Positions 1 through 8,720 of a DNA stretch of 45,917 bases are shown in pieces (position 1 is the stretch's first letter; the number at the start of each line of letters is the position of its first letter). The notes under the pieces are model-generated. The model did no database searches. It was not told the origin of the DNA and saw nothing but the letters and a program-made list of their open reading frames with translations. Made by a program: the position numbers and the translations under genes. Origin of the DNA: a phage; NCBI GenBank assembly GCA_014750165.1, contig GCA_014750165.1_4319.1. One strand, 5' to 3'.

Positions 1-44
1 AAAAAAACAGGGCGCTTCGGCGTCCTTTATTGTATGGAGCTAAT

Positions 45-446
45 ATGAATGATGCAATTTTGGCGTTTATGCGCTCGCTTGTTCCTGCGCTCAAGGCGGT
101 GGATGACGAATCAATTAATGTATGGATTGATTTGGCACGCCTATACGTATGCGAAAGCAAATTTGGTGCAGACAAAGACAAGGCTGTCGGGCTTTATGTG
201 CTACACCTGATGCTTGCTGATGGCGCATTTAAGGGTGAGAATGAAGGCCTGGAAACATACAGCCGTAGAATGGCAAGTTATGCACTGAGCGGTGAATTCT
301 CTATCACTTATGATAACCAATCAGCAATCCAGGGTGACTTATCATCTTCCTCATGGGGCCGCATGTACAAGGCACTTCTCCGCAAGAAAGGTGGCGGCTT
401 TGGATTGATTACTTCCGCTACTGGCGGTGGGTGCGGTTGCCGATGA
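45..446 (+). CDS. putative head-tail connector/adaptor protein
   Basis: ORF-track frame 30..446; internal ATG at 45 preceded by GGAG; first of a run of overlapping small structural genes upstream of the major tail gene; function assigned by position only. Confidence 0.35.
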   Translation: MNDAILAFMRSLVPALKAVDDESINVWIDLARLYVCESKFGADKDKAVGLYVLHLMLADGAFKGENEGLETYSRRMASYALSGEFSITYDNQSAIQGDLSSSSWGRMYKALLRKKGGGFGLITSATGGGCGCR

Positions 447-814
447 ACTACAGCGAAATCGAATCAATCACTCGCGCTGGTATTAACTTCTTTAGTGATG
501 CAAATTGTGTTTACGAAATGAGCACCGGAGCCGGTTATGTTGAAATCGTTAACGGCGTTGAGGTAGATGTTCCTTCGCAGACATCCCAGCTAAAAGGATT
601 GGTGAGAGAAATCAAGACGCGCGATATTGATGGCGAGTTTATCCAGTTTGGCGATAAGCGCGGAATCTTCACGGCACAGGTGGAAATTAAGCAGGGTTAT
701 CAGATTAAGGTTGATGGTGAGACTTTTGTTGTTGTTGACCCACGCCCTGTTAAACCAACTGGCACAGTTGTTGGTTATAGACCGATTCTTCGTAGGGTGG
801 CTACTTATGGCTAG
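443..814 (+). CDS. putative head-tail joining protein
   Basis: In-frame part of track ORF 353..814 starting at ATG 443 (MNYSEIES...), ATGA overlap with upstream stop; position in neck module. Confidence 0.35.
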   Translation: MNYSEIESITRAGINFFSDANCVYEMSTGAGYVEIVNGVEVDVPSQTSQLKGLVREIKTRDIDGEFIQFGDKRGIFTAQVEIKQGYQIKVDGETFVVVDPRPVKPTGTVVGYRPILRRVATYG

Positions 815-1244
815 AAATATTGGAAGCGTGGCTATTTTTGAGAAATCTATTGCTGACTGGATTGATAGAGCAGACAGGGGCTTTGAGATTGTAGTAGCAA
901 ACACGGTAACTAAGGCAGCTAACGCAATTGTTGACCTTTCTCCCGTAGACACTGGTAGGTTCAAGGCTAACTGGCAAATCACTGCAAACTCACCAGCCCA
1001 GCAATCACTAAATGAGTACGATCAAACTGGTGGGCAGACGAAAACATATCTCGCCAGACAGGCTATGGCAGTTGCCAATTCAAAGGCCACTAGTGTTATT
1101 TATATCACTAACAGACTTGATTACGCTGCGGGGCTTGAGTATGGCGCATCAAATCAGGCTCCGGCTGGCGTTCTTGGCGTGGTGCAAGCAAGGTTGGGCA
1201 GGTATTTCCAGGAAGCGGTAGAGGAGGCTCGTCGTGCAATATGA
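807..1244 (+). CDS. putative neck/tail completion protein (HK97 gp10-like)
   Basis: In-frame part of track ORF 627..1244 from Met61 (MARNIGSV...), overlapping upstream stop; RFKANW-type motif and position suggest gp10-like family. Confidence 0.4.
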   Translation: MARNIGSVAIFEKSIADWIDRADRGFEIVVANTVTKAANAIVDLSPVDTGRFKANWQITANSPAQQSLNEYDQTGGQTKTYLARQAMAVANSKATSVIYITNRLDYAAGLEYGASNQAPAGVLGVVQARLGRYFQEAVEEARRAI

Positions 1245-1635
1245 ATTATCATTGGCAGCAAGGGCATTCGTCGACGATTTGTTGGTAAATGAATTTCCGG
1301 TCAGATATACAGTCGCTTGGGAGAACTGTAAGTTTACTCCTCCTGCCGATGGATCAATCTGGCTTAAGTACGACTATACAGAGGTTGACACAGTAACCTA
1401 CGGATTAAGCAGGAAGTGCAAATACTACGTAGGCATGGTTCAAATTTCAGTATTCTTCAGTCCTGGTACTGGAATTGACAGGCCCAGACAAATCGCTAAT
1501 AAATTGGCAGAATCTATCGTTGATGGTACAATGCTTGACAGCGGGACCATTTATGAGTCTGGAGTTGTTAACCCCGTTATCAAATCCAAGTCTGGGTGGT
1601 TTATCCCGGTTCGTTTTTATGTTCGTCTAGACTAA
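1234..1635 (+). CDS. putative tail terminator/completion protein
   Basis: Track ORF; GTG start 6-7 nt after GAGGAGG; overlaps upstream stop; lies directly before major tail gene. Confidence 0.35.
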   Translation: MQYELSLAARAFVDDLLVNEFPVRYTVAWENCKFTPPADGSIWLKYDYTEVDTVTYGLSRKCKYYVGMVQISVFFSPGTGIDRPRQIANKLAESIVDGTMLDSGTIYESGVVNPVIKSKSGWFIPVRFYVRLD

Positions 1636-1650
1636 CAAAAGGAAAAATAC

Positions 1651-2307
1651 ATGGCTCACTTATCAAACGGCACCCAGGTGTTCGTAGAAGGCTCTCGCGG
1701 AGCTGCAATTGACGTAACTGCAATTTCTAACGCAGCTACCCCTGTTTTAACTGTATCTGACGCAGCTAGTTTGGTTGTTGGTGATTACCTGCTTTTCACA
1801 TCTTCAGCTTCCACTCTACTGGCCGACAAGCAAGTACGAATTACTGAAGTTTCTGGCACTTCGGTAACGGTTGAAGGTATTGATACCTCCAGCACCACCA
1901 AGTTCCCAGCTGGTTTAACTGGTGAAGTTGTCAAGATTACTTCCTGGTTCGAAGTTCCGTGTGTTCAGGACGTTTCCACTGACGGCGGCGAACAGCAGTT
2001 CGTTAACTTCCAGTGCTTGTCCGATGACCGCGAACAGCAGATTCCGACTTATAAATCTGCGGTAACGAACACCTTTACCTTCGCTCATGAGTACACTAAC
2101 CCGGTTTATCCGGTTCTGCGTAACTACGATGAGTCTGGCCAGGTTGTTGCGATTCGACTGTTCGTACCTCGCGCTAGCGAAATGCGTTTGCAGTCCGGCA
2201 CTATCGCTTTCAACGACACCCCTACAATTGGTGTTAACGAAATCGAAACTGTATCCATCGCAGTATCCATTCGTGGTCGACTGTCCTCCGTGGCAGCGGA
2301 AGTTTAA
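1651..2307 (+). CDS. major tail protein
   Basis: 218 aa ORF with strong RBS (AAGGAAAAATACATG), followed by a strong rho-independent terminator; canonical position before chaperone/tape-measure genes. Confidence 0.6.
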   Translation: MAHLSNGTQVFVEGSRGAAIDVTAISNAATPVLTVSDAASLVVGDYLLFTSSASTLLADKQVRITEVSGTSVTVEGIDTSSTTKFPAGLTGEVVKITSWFEVPCVQDVSTDGGEQQFVNFQCLSDDREQQIPTYKSAVTNTFTFAHEYTNPVYPVLRNYDESGQVVAIRLFVPRASEMRLQSGTIAFNDTPTIGVNEIETVSIAVSIRGRLSSVAAEV

Positions 2308-2312
2308 AACAC

Positions 2313-2336
2313 AAACCCTCTTCGGAGGGTTTTTTA
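2313..2336 (+). terminator. rho-independent terminator after major tail gene
   Basis: CCCTC-TTCG-GAGGG hairpin followed by T6 run. Confidence 0.6.
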
Positions 2337-2340
2337 TTGC

Positions 2341-2359
2341 ATAGCACTTTTTGCTAAAG
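2341..2359 (+). promoter_or_regulatory. gene-boundary palindrome cassette, variant copy (ATAGCACTTTTTGCTAAAG)
   Basis: TAGCA-N5-TGCTA palindrome, then GTTAA..TTAAC hairpin around TATAGT, then CATCGAAACGA and RBS before small ORF 2418. Confidence 0.5.
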
Positions 2360-2417
2360 CGTTAATCCAGTCTTCCTGTATAGTTAACTCATCGAAACGA
2401 AATGAGAGACTAAAGAA

Positions 2418-2543
2418 ATGAAAGCAATCATCACAATTATGGCAGTGGCAGCGGCAACAACCCTTTCAATTACTTATGTTAAGTTTTGCATGTCAGTAGC
2501 TGAGAGCTACTCAATCTGGCAATTTGCAACTCATTGGCACTAA
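2418..2543 (+). CDS. small hydrophobic peptide (41 aa), hypothetical
   Basis: ATG 7 nt after GAGAGA; MKAIITIMAVAAATTLSITYVKFCMSVAESYSIWQFATHWH; below track size cutoff; own cassette upstream; approx coords. Confidence 0.3.
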   Translation: MKAIITIMAVAAATTLSITYVKFCMSVAESYSIWQFATHWH

Positions 2544-2586
2544 GTGTTAGAATACTGATTCACAAACAATAAGAGGATTAACTAAG

Positions 2587-2901
2587 ATGGCAAAATTCAA
2601 ACTTTCACTAGCAGCGCTTCCTGACTTTAAGCTGCCTGTAAAATTCAAGCTGGCTAACGACCAGGATGTAGAGGTTATCTTTACAGTCAAGCACAAGAAA
2701 ACCTCAGAGCTTCAGGAGTTACTTAATAAAGAAGGCCTAAGCACCAAAGAACTCATTATGGCAATTGCATCTGATTGGGATTTGGAGGAGGAATACAACG
2801 AAGACAACGTTAATGAGTTCTCAGACCTGTTCCCGTCTTCAACCGTTGCTCTTACCACTGCTTACATGCAGGCGCTCGCTGGTCAGAGAGTAAAAAACTA
2901 A
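2587..2901 (+). CDS. tail assembly chaperone (lambda G-like)
   Basis: 104 aa ORF immediately upstream of tape measure gene; ends at slippery heptamer. Confidence 0.6.
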   Translation: MAKFKLSLAALPDFKLPVKFKLANDQDVEVIFTVKHKKTSELQELLNKEGLSTKELIMAIASDWDLEEEYNEDNVNEFSDLFPSSTVALTTAYMQALAGQRVKN

Positions 2902-3221
2902 AACGAGCGGTGTATCTACAGTACCAGTCAGAGCCAACAGATGCCGAACTGGAAGCTATTGGGATGCGCCGCTCCGATTACGAAGATGAAGAGCCTGAAG
3001 TTTTACACTTCGACGAAAACATGATGAAGGCGTGGGACATTTACTGTTCAATGGCTACGCAATGGCGAGTCGGAGCTAACGGAGCTACAGGCCTAGATTA
3101 CAACGTGCTAAATTTCCTCTTTAGAGTGTATAATGTTTCTGAAGAAGAATTGGTACTCAGCGATTTACGCATCCTTGAAGCTAAGGCTCTTGAGATGATG
3201 GATAACCTGAGAAAAAAATAA
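2587..3221 (+). CDS. tail assembly chaperone G-T fusion by programmed -1 frameshift
   Basis: Second ORF (track 2910..3221) is in -1 frame relative to 2587..2901 and has no independent ATG; slippery site A AAA AAC at 2892..2898 immediately before the frame-0 stop. Confidence 0.55.
2892..2898 (+). promoter_or_regulatory. -1 ribosomal frameshift slippery heptamer A AAA AAC
   Basis: X XXY YYZ heptamer in frame with upstream ORF, followed by TAA; -1 reading continues into 2910..3221 frame. Confidence 0.55.
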
Positions 3222-3256
3222 CCCGCTTCGGCGGGTTTTCTATTATGGAGGCTTAG

Positions 3257-6241
3257 ATGGCAACAAATGAATTAGCCGGAATCACACTAGCCGTAGACGT
3301 CTCGCAAGTAGACAGGGGCACGCAATCCCTACAGAAGTTCAGGCAAGCTAACCAGCAAGCCGCTTCCGGCATTAGTGAATTCGTCAATGCTGAGCAGGTT
3401 GCTAAAAACCAGGCAAGAGACACAGCTCGCGCACTGGCTGAACAGCAAGCATCTTTAGCTAAATTGCAAACAGCTATCGACCCAACGGCTGCAAAGTTCC
3501 GCAAGCTGCAAGAGGCCGCAGTGGGTCTTGATAAGGCATTCGCGGCTGGCGTAGTTCCTGATGAGGAATTTTTCCGATTAGGCGAGGCGATTGAAACGCA
3601 GAACGCAAAACTTGCTCGCTCACGTGCAGCGCTAACTGAAGAGGGAAGAGCGGCTGCTCAGGCTGCAAAGGATAAGGCAAAAGCGAAGGCTGAAGCTGAT
3701 AGATTCATTGCATCACTTGAGCGTCAGGCTCAAGCAGCGACATTGACGCGAGAGGAGTACCTAAAGTTACAAGCGGCCCAGCTTGGAGTTAGTTCCCAGG
3801 CTGCACCAATCATTGACAGAATCGCCGACGCATCACAGAAGGCAAATACCCAGTTAATTGCTCAGAGTAAGGCTTTTCAGAAATCAGGATTAAGCGCCGG
3901 GCAATACAAGAATGCCATATCTCAACTACCAGCGCAGATTACTGATATTGGCACGTCGCTTGCTGGCGGAATTCCGATTTGGCTTATTGCAATTCAGCAG
4001 GGCGGGCAAATTAAGGATGCTTTTGGTGGTATTGGCAACACCTTTAGATTCGCGCTTGCGGCCTTAAATCCATTCAATGTTGCTGTTGGTGTTTTGGGTG
4101 GGGCTCTTGTGGCTCTTGGTGTTGGTGCGGCTCAGGCTGAAAGTGAATTCAGGGCGTTAAACTCCGCAATTGCGTTCTCAAACAACTCTACAATCGCATC
4201 AATCTCTCAGGTTAGAGAGTTGGTTAGCTCTGTTTCTGATGCAACGGGTGCCACCAGAGGACTTGTGACTAGCATCGCAACAAGCCTTACTGAGCAAGGG
4301 AACCTTACGCTGACGCAGATTGACAAGATTACTAAATCGACCGCAAGATGGGCGCAGTTGACAGGTAAGGATGCGAAGGAGATTACTGGTTACTATAACC
4401 AGATTGCGAGCGACCCAATACAGGGTTTAGTTGATTTGGATAAGCGCTTTAACTTCCTCACGCAGGGGCAGTTGACGACAATCGAAAACCTGAGAAAGAC
4501 AAAGGGAAAGGTTGAGGCTGTTACCGCCGCAATTGACATTTTCAGCAAGTCGCAGGAAGCCAACCTTAACGACATAGCGGCGCAGTTAACTCCGCTTGAG
4601 CTAGCCTGGAATGATTTCAGAAAGTACATCTCTGATATCTGGGATGCAATTAGTCGTAGAACGGTTGGGGCGCTAAACCTTTTTGTTGATGTAATCGCCG
4701 GAACGATTGAACAGATTAGGGTGTTCATTAACCAGGGCGACGTGCTGATTGGTGAGTTTGTAATCAGTGCAACGCAAGCGCTGCAAAACATCCCTGGTCT
4801 TGGCGATGCTGGAAATAATGTAATATCTGAGCAGCAGAAGATTATCGATGCTGCCAAGAGGCAAAACCTTGAGCTGGAAAAGTCCATCAGGGAGAGAGAT
4901 GCCAGAATCAGAGAGGGAGAACTTGGTTACGTTACTCGCAGGGAAAATCAGAATACCAATGAGCAATCAGGGACCGATGAGGAATTCGCAAAAAGGAAGA
5001 AGGCACTTCAGGATGAGCTTGACGCGATCAAGAAGAATAGGAAAGAGAAAAAAGGGAGGGTTAAGGAGCAAAGGGATTTAACAATTGGTTACGAATCTGG
5101 CGTGTTGGCACTTCAGGCCCAACTCAAGGTGCTTCAGGAAAACAGGGATGTTGGCGCAGTAATAAGCAATGAGCGCAATCAGTACCTTCAGGAAGAGGCT
5201 AAATTCAGGATTCTTGAGCAGAGGCAGCTTGATGGCTCGATTACCAAAGAGCAAGCAAGACTTCTCATTGAGAAGGATAAAGTACTAGAATTGGCAAGGC
5301 AGAAGGCTGAACTTGGCGACCAGATTGTTTTGCAGGAGCGAGCCAATAAGTTAGCTGAAGATAACCGTAAAAAGATCCTTCAGATTAACAATGAAGCAAG
5401 TAATATCGACTTGGGTGCTGGCCTGTCTTCTCGGGAGCAGCAGAGACTTAAAGAGATACAGGCACTCAAATCAAATCAGGAAAACGCTGGTGGATCTGTC
5501 AATGACGTTGATTTCCAGCAATTACTGGAAGCAAGAAAGGAATATTACAAGCAGGAGGATAATCTTAGATCAGACTGGCAATCCGGTGTAACATCCACTC
5601 TCGCCGACTTGACAGAGAAGTACACTGACTACAACCAGATTGCTAAGGACTTAACCGTTGCGGCATTTGACGGGATAACAGAGCAAATTACAAACCTTGT
5701 AACCACTGGTGAGACGAACTTTAGGGAGTTCACCGCAAGCATCCTCAAAATGATTGCGAAGATTGCAACTCAATTGCTTTTGGTTAAGGCTATTGAATCT
5801 ACAATCAAGAGCTTTGGTGGTGACACTGGTGCAGGTAGCGCTTTCGAGTCAATAAAATCAGCAATTGGTTTTGCTGGCGGTGGCTACACTGGTGATGGTG
5901 GGAAATATCAGCCAGCAGGAACCGTACACCGCGGTGAGTTTGTATTCACAAAAGAAGCGACAAGCCGAATTGGTGTTAAAAACCTATACGCACTGATGAA
6001 AGGTTATGCAAACGGCGGAGCGGTTGGTGGTCAATCTGGTTATGCTAATGGCGGCTTGGTTTCTAGTGGCTCAGATGTTAATGTTAGCGGCATCACTGTT
6101 AACGTAAACTCGGGTGTAGGTAGCGATCCGGAACAAGCTAAAGCATTGCAGAGTGGCGTTAAGGCAATAGTAGCGGAAGAGATTGCTCAGTCTTTCCAGC
6201 AAGGCGGCCGTGCTTATGCTTACCTTCGCGGATTCAACTAA
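3257..6241 (+). CDS. tail tape measure protein
   Basis: 994 aa, Ala/Gln-rich coiled-coil N-terminal two thirds, hydrophobic segment (GGIPIWLIAIQQGG...), Gly-rich C-terminus; position after G/GT. Confidence 0.85.
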   Translation: MATNELAGITLAVDVSQVDRGTQSLQKFRQANQQAASGISEFVNAEQVAKNQARDTARALAEQQASLAKLQTAIDPTAAKFRKLQEAAVGLDKAFAAGVVPDEEFFRLGEAIETQNAKLARSRAALTEEGRAAAQAAKDKAKAKAEADRFIASLERQAQAATLTREEYLKLQAAQLGVSSQAAPIIDRIADASQKANTQLIAQSKAFQKSGLSAGQYKNAISQLPAQITDIGTSLAGGIPIWLIAIQQGGQIKDAFGGIGNTFRFALAALNPFNVAVGVLGGALVALGVGAAQAESEFRALNSAIAFSNNSTIASISQVRELVSSVSDATGATRGLVTSIATSLTEQGNLTLTQIDKITKSTARWAQLTGKDAKEITGYYNQIASDPIQGLVDLDKRFNFLTQGQLTTIENLRKTKGKVEAVTAAIDIFSKSQEANLNDIAAQLTPLELAWNDFRKYISDIWDAISRRTVGALNLFVDVIAGTIEQIRVFINQGDVLIGEFVISATQALQNIPGLGDAGNNVISEQQKIIDAAKRQNLELEKSIRERDARIREGELGYVTRRENQNTNEQSGTDEEFAKRKKALQDELDAIKKNRKEKKGRVKEQRDLTIGYESGVLALQAQLKVLQENRDVGAVISNERNQYLQEEAKFRILEQRQLDGSITKEQARLLIEKDKVLELARQKAELGDQIVLQERANKLAEDNRKKILQINNEASNIDLGAGLSSREQQRLKEIQALKSNQENAGGSVNDVDFQQLLEARKEYYKQEDNLRSDWQSGVTSTLADLTEKYTDYNQIAKDLTVAAFDGITEQITNLVTTGETNFREFTASILKMIAKIATQLLLVKAIESTIKSFGGDTGAGSAFESIKSAIGFAGGGYTGDGGKYQPAGTVHRGEFVFTKEATSRIGVKNLYALMKGYANGGAVGGQSGYANGGLVSSGSDVNVSGITVNVNSGVGSDPEQAKALQSGVKAIVAEEIAQSFQQGGRAYAYLRGFN

Positions 6242-6271
6242 TTAATGGGGCTCCGGCCCCTAAGGATTTTT

Positions 6272-6622
6272 ATGGCTATTGATACTTTTAAATGGTGCAC
6301 TCAGATACAAAATGGAGGAGCCGCATTTTCCAACACGAACAATGTGCGAATCGTTAGCTTTGGTAATGGTTACGAGGCTAGAGGCACGGGAGGCTATCGC
6401 AGCAACAAGCGCAGCTACCAGATGACATACACTAACAAGGACTGGCGAGATGTGATGGATTTCTGCTTCAACCACATCATTACCCCGTTCTTCTGGACAA
6501 CTCCGCAGGGTGATACATCAATGTTTGTGATTCAACAGGATAGTATTAGCGTGACACCAGTCAGTAAGGAAGTTCAGACTGTAAACATGCAATTCGTGGA
6601 AGTATTTAGCTCAATGCGTTAA
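6272..6622 (+). CDS. minor tail protein (lambda M-like), putative
   Basis: In-frame part of track ORF 6245..6622 from ATG 6272 (AGGA-N5-ATG); track N-extension would translate a GC hairpin; position after tape measure. Confidence 0.5.
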   Translation: MAIDTFKWCTQIQNGGAAFSNTNNVRIVSFGNGYEARGTGGYRSNKRSYQMTYTNKDWRDVMDFCFNHIITPFFWTTPQGDTSMFVIQQDSISVTPVSKEVQTVNMQFVEVFSSMR

Positions 6623-6624
6623 AC

Positions 6625-6648
6625 TAGGCCCCATTAGGGGCTTTTTTA
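6625..6648 (+). terminator. rho-independent terminator
   Basis: GCCCC-ATTA-GGGGC hairpin followed by T6 run; same terminator-RBS module recurs before portal gene. Confidence 0.5.
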
Positions 6649-6660
6649 TTGGAGAAAATC

Positions 6661-7416
6661 ATGTTAAGTCCAAAGTTTGAAAATCAGTTGCAAAGTCTTT
6701 TCCCAGGCGAGATTGTGACTCTAATCCAGGTTGACGGAACCTCCTTTGGCTCTCTCGTTTATTCGTTCCATAATGAGAACATTTCATACACGCCAGAAGA
6801 GATCATGCTTGCCCAAATGAATGGCGAGCCACTGCCAGAGAAAACGATTACATTCCGTGGTGAAGAGTACGGCCCAAGACCTTTCGGCATCTCTGGCATC
6901 AATATGACTTCTGATGGCAAGGCAAACAAAGTTACGCTAACTGTATCAAACGTAGACCAGAGGATTAGCGCCTTGATTCGAACATACAACGGACTTGTTA
7001 AAGCTAAGGTTACCATATGGATTACTACGCGAGATAACATCAATGAAGACGGGAGTATTGCTGATGGAGATTATCGCAAATTCGTTTACTTCATTGAGCG
7101 ACCTAAGCAGGTTGATTACAAAACTGCGTCATTTGAGCTTAGTAGCCCGATGGATATGGATGGCATTTACATACCCGCACGGCTTGTTCAGTCTGTTTGT
7201 TATTGGGCGTCAAGGGGTTGGTATCGTAGCGGTAATGGATGCGACTACGCTGGTAATCGTTATTTTGACAAAGACGACAACCCGGTCAGTGACCCTTCTC
7301 TAGATTTCTGTGCGGGCACTGTTAACAGTTGCAAGATTAGATTCGGCGAGAATAATCAGCTTTCATTTGGTGGATGCGCAGCAGCAAGCCTTCAAGCCAA
7401 AGCGAATCAATCATAG
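6661..7416 (+). CDS. minor tail protein (lambda L-like)
   Basis: ATG 6661 after GGAGAAAATC; C-terminal Cys cluster (CYWASRGW...CDYAG...CAGTVNSC...FGGC) typical of L-like tail tip proteins; track start 6649 is a TTG inside the RBS. Confidence 0.6.
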   Translation: MLSPKFENQLQSLFPGEIVTLIQVDGTSFGSLVYSFHNENISYTPEEIMLAQMNGEPLPEKTITFRGEEYGPRPFGISGINMTSDGKANKVTLTVSNVDQRISALIRTYNGLVKAKVTIWITTRDNINEDGSIADGDYRKFVYFIERPKQVDYKTASFELSSPMDMDGIYIPARLVQSVCYWASRGWYRSGNGCDYAGNRYFDKDDNPVSDPSLDFCAGTVNSCKIRFGENNQLSFGGCAAASLQAKANQS

Positions 7417-7430
7417 CACTTTTTGTTAAG
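7413..7430 (+). promoter_or_regulatory. gene-boundary palindrome cassette, variant copy
   Basis: ATAGCACTTTTTGTTAAG followed by GCGCA..TGCGC inverted repeat; precedes HNH gene. Confidence 0.4.
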
Positions 7431-7482
7431 AGGAAGGCGCAGGAATGCGCTATCCTCTAATCTCTTAAACTGGAGATTAAAA

Positions 7483-7968
7483 ATGAACTGGAATGAAATT
7501 TTCGAATACAGAGATGGCAAGATTTATTGGAAAGTTAGCCCTGGCAGGAGGGCTAAGGTTGGTTCGGAAGCTGGATCAAATCAAATAAAAGGGTATAGAT
7601 TTGTGAAATTTCACGGAGTTTTATATATGACACACAGGGTTATTTGGGAGATGCATAACTGTGAAATACCGCATGGAATGGAGGTTGACCATTTAAATCA
7701 CATTAGGGACGATAACAGGATAGAGAATTTAAGAGTTGTTACAAAGTCAATTAATCAGAGGAATGCATCTAAAAGAATTGATAATAAAAGCGGTTTTACA
7801 GGCGTTTCTTGGTATCCCAAATATTCAAAGTGGAATGCTTACGCGACAGTAAATTCCAAGAGGTTTAATCTTGGTTACTTTGAATCAAAGCAAGATGCCT
7901 ATGTGGCTGTTAAAAAATTTAGGTCCATAAATGATTTTCATAAAAACCATGGAGTTGATTTATGTTAA
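7483..7968 (+). CDS. HNH homing endonuclease
   Basis: MNWNEIFEYRDGKIYWK...; HNH core EVDHLNHIRDDNRIENLR; ATG 7483 after GGAGA; paralogous to 27993..28485 and 34044..34535. Confidence 0.8.
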   Translation: MNWNEIFEYRDGKIYWKVSPGRRAKVGSEAGSNQIKGYRFVKFHGVLYMTHRVIWEMHNCEIPHGMEVDHLNHIRDDNRIENLRVVTKSINQRNASKRIDNKSGFTGVSWYPKYSKWNAYATVNSKRFNLGYFESKQDAYVAVKKFRSINDFHKNHGVDLC

Positions 7969-8720
7969 CAAAAAGATGCAAATTAGAAATCTTTCGCCAC
8001 GCCAACGAGGTTTACCCGCATGAGTGCTGTGGAGTCGTCACACAGAAGGGTCGCGCTCAGAAATACCATAGAATCAAAAACGCCAGTAAAGACCCGGAAA
8101 ATGAGTTTATCCTTGATTCAAATGAGTATGCAGATGTTCTCTTTGAGTTAGCTCACAATGAGTCAATTGTTTACGTAGTTCACTCCCACACGGGTGATGG
8201 AGCCACAACAAGACCCAGCCCAGCGGATATCTGTAGCTGCAATGAATGCGAGATTCCTTATGTTATTGTAAGCATCCCAGAGGGAGACATGCGGATTCTT
8301 GAGCCATCAAATATGCCACTGATTGGTCGACCGTGGGGTCTTGGTAGCTTCGATTGCTGGGAGTTGGTTATGGCATTTCACAAGAAATACGGCGTAAAGC
8401 TGAACGACTATCGCGTTAATTACCCATGGTGGGAGAAGAAGTACAGCGAAAATATCTATGACGACAATTGGGCTAAAGAAGGTTTTGAGCTAGTAAAAAA
8501 CTCAGATATTCCCATTGGATCAATGATTATGATGCAGGTGCAGAGTGAGGTGACAAACCACGCCGGAATCTATATTGGCAACAACAGATTCATCCACCAT
8601 CTCTATGGTAAAATGAGTTCTGTAGATATCTACTCCGATTACTGGCGCGAGCGCACGGTGCGAATCGTTCGCCATAAGGATTTACCAGAGGATGTAATTT
8701 ATGACCCAGAAACTGATTGA
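7962..8720 (+). CDS. tail assembly protein (lambda K-like; JAB/MPN + NlpC/P60)
   Basis: HSHT...SPAD JAMM-like motif followed by Cys/His peptidase-like region; position between L and I homologs. Confidence 0.65.
   Translation: MLTKRCKLEIFRHANEVYPHECCGVVTQKGRAQKYHRIKNASKDPENEFILDSNEYADVLFELAHNESIVYVVHSHTGDGATTRPSPADICSCNECEIPYVIVSIPEGDMRILEPSNMPLIGRPWGLGSFDCWELVMAFHKKYGVKLNDYRVNYPWWEKKYSENIYDDNWAKEGFELVKNSDIPIGSMIMMQVQSEVTNHAGIYIGNNRFIHHLYGKMSSVDIYSDYWRERTVRIVRHKDLPEDVIYDPETD

Noticed and set aside
590-982. Antisense ORFs inside long genes (e.g. 590..982, 4393..4887, 4673..4966, 10174..10485, 19069..19305, 23471..23881, 45024..45476)
   Set aside because: Embedded in and opposite to well-supported genes, without RBS or cassette signals; typical shadow ORFs.
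7423-7482. N-terminal extensions of track ORFs (7423, 6245, 6649, 41648, 21268, 15534, 25613, 29580, 38674 and others)
   Set aside because: Extensions begin at GTG/TTG or read through terminator hairpins, cassette elements or the tRNA; an internal ATG with a proper RBS is more plausible.
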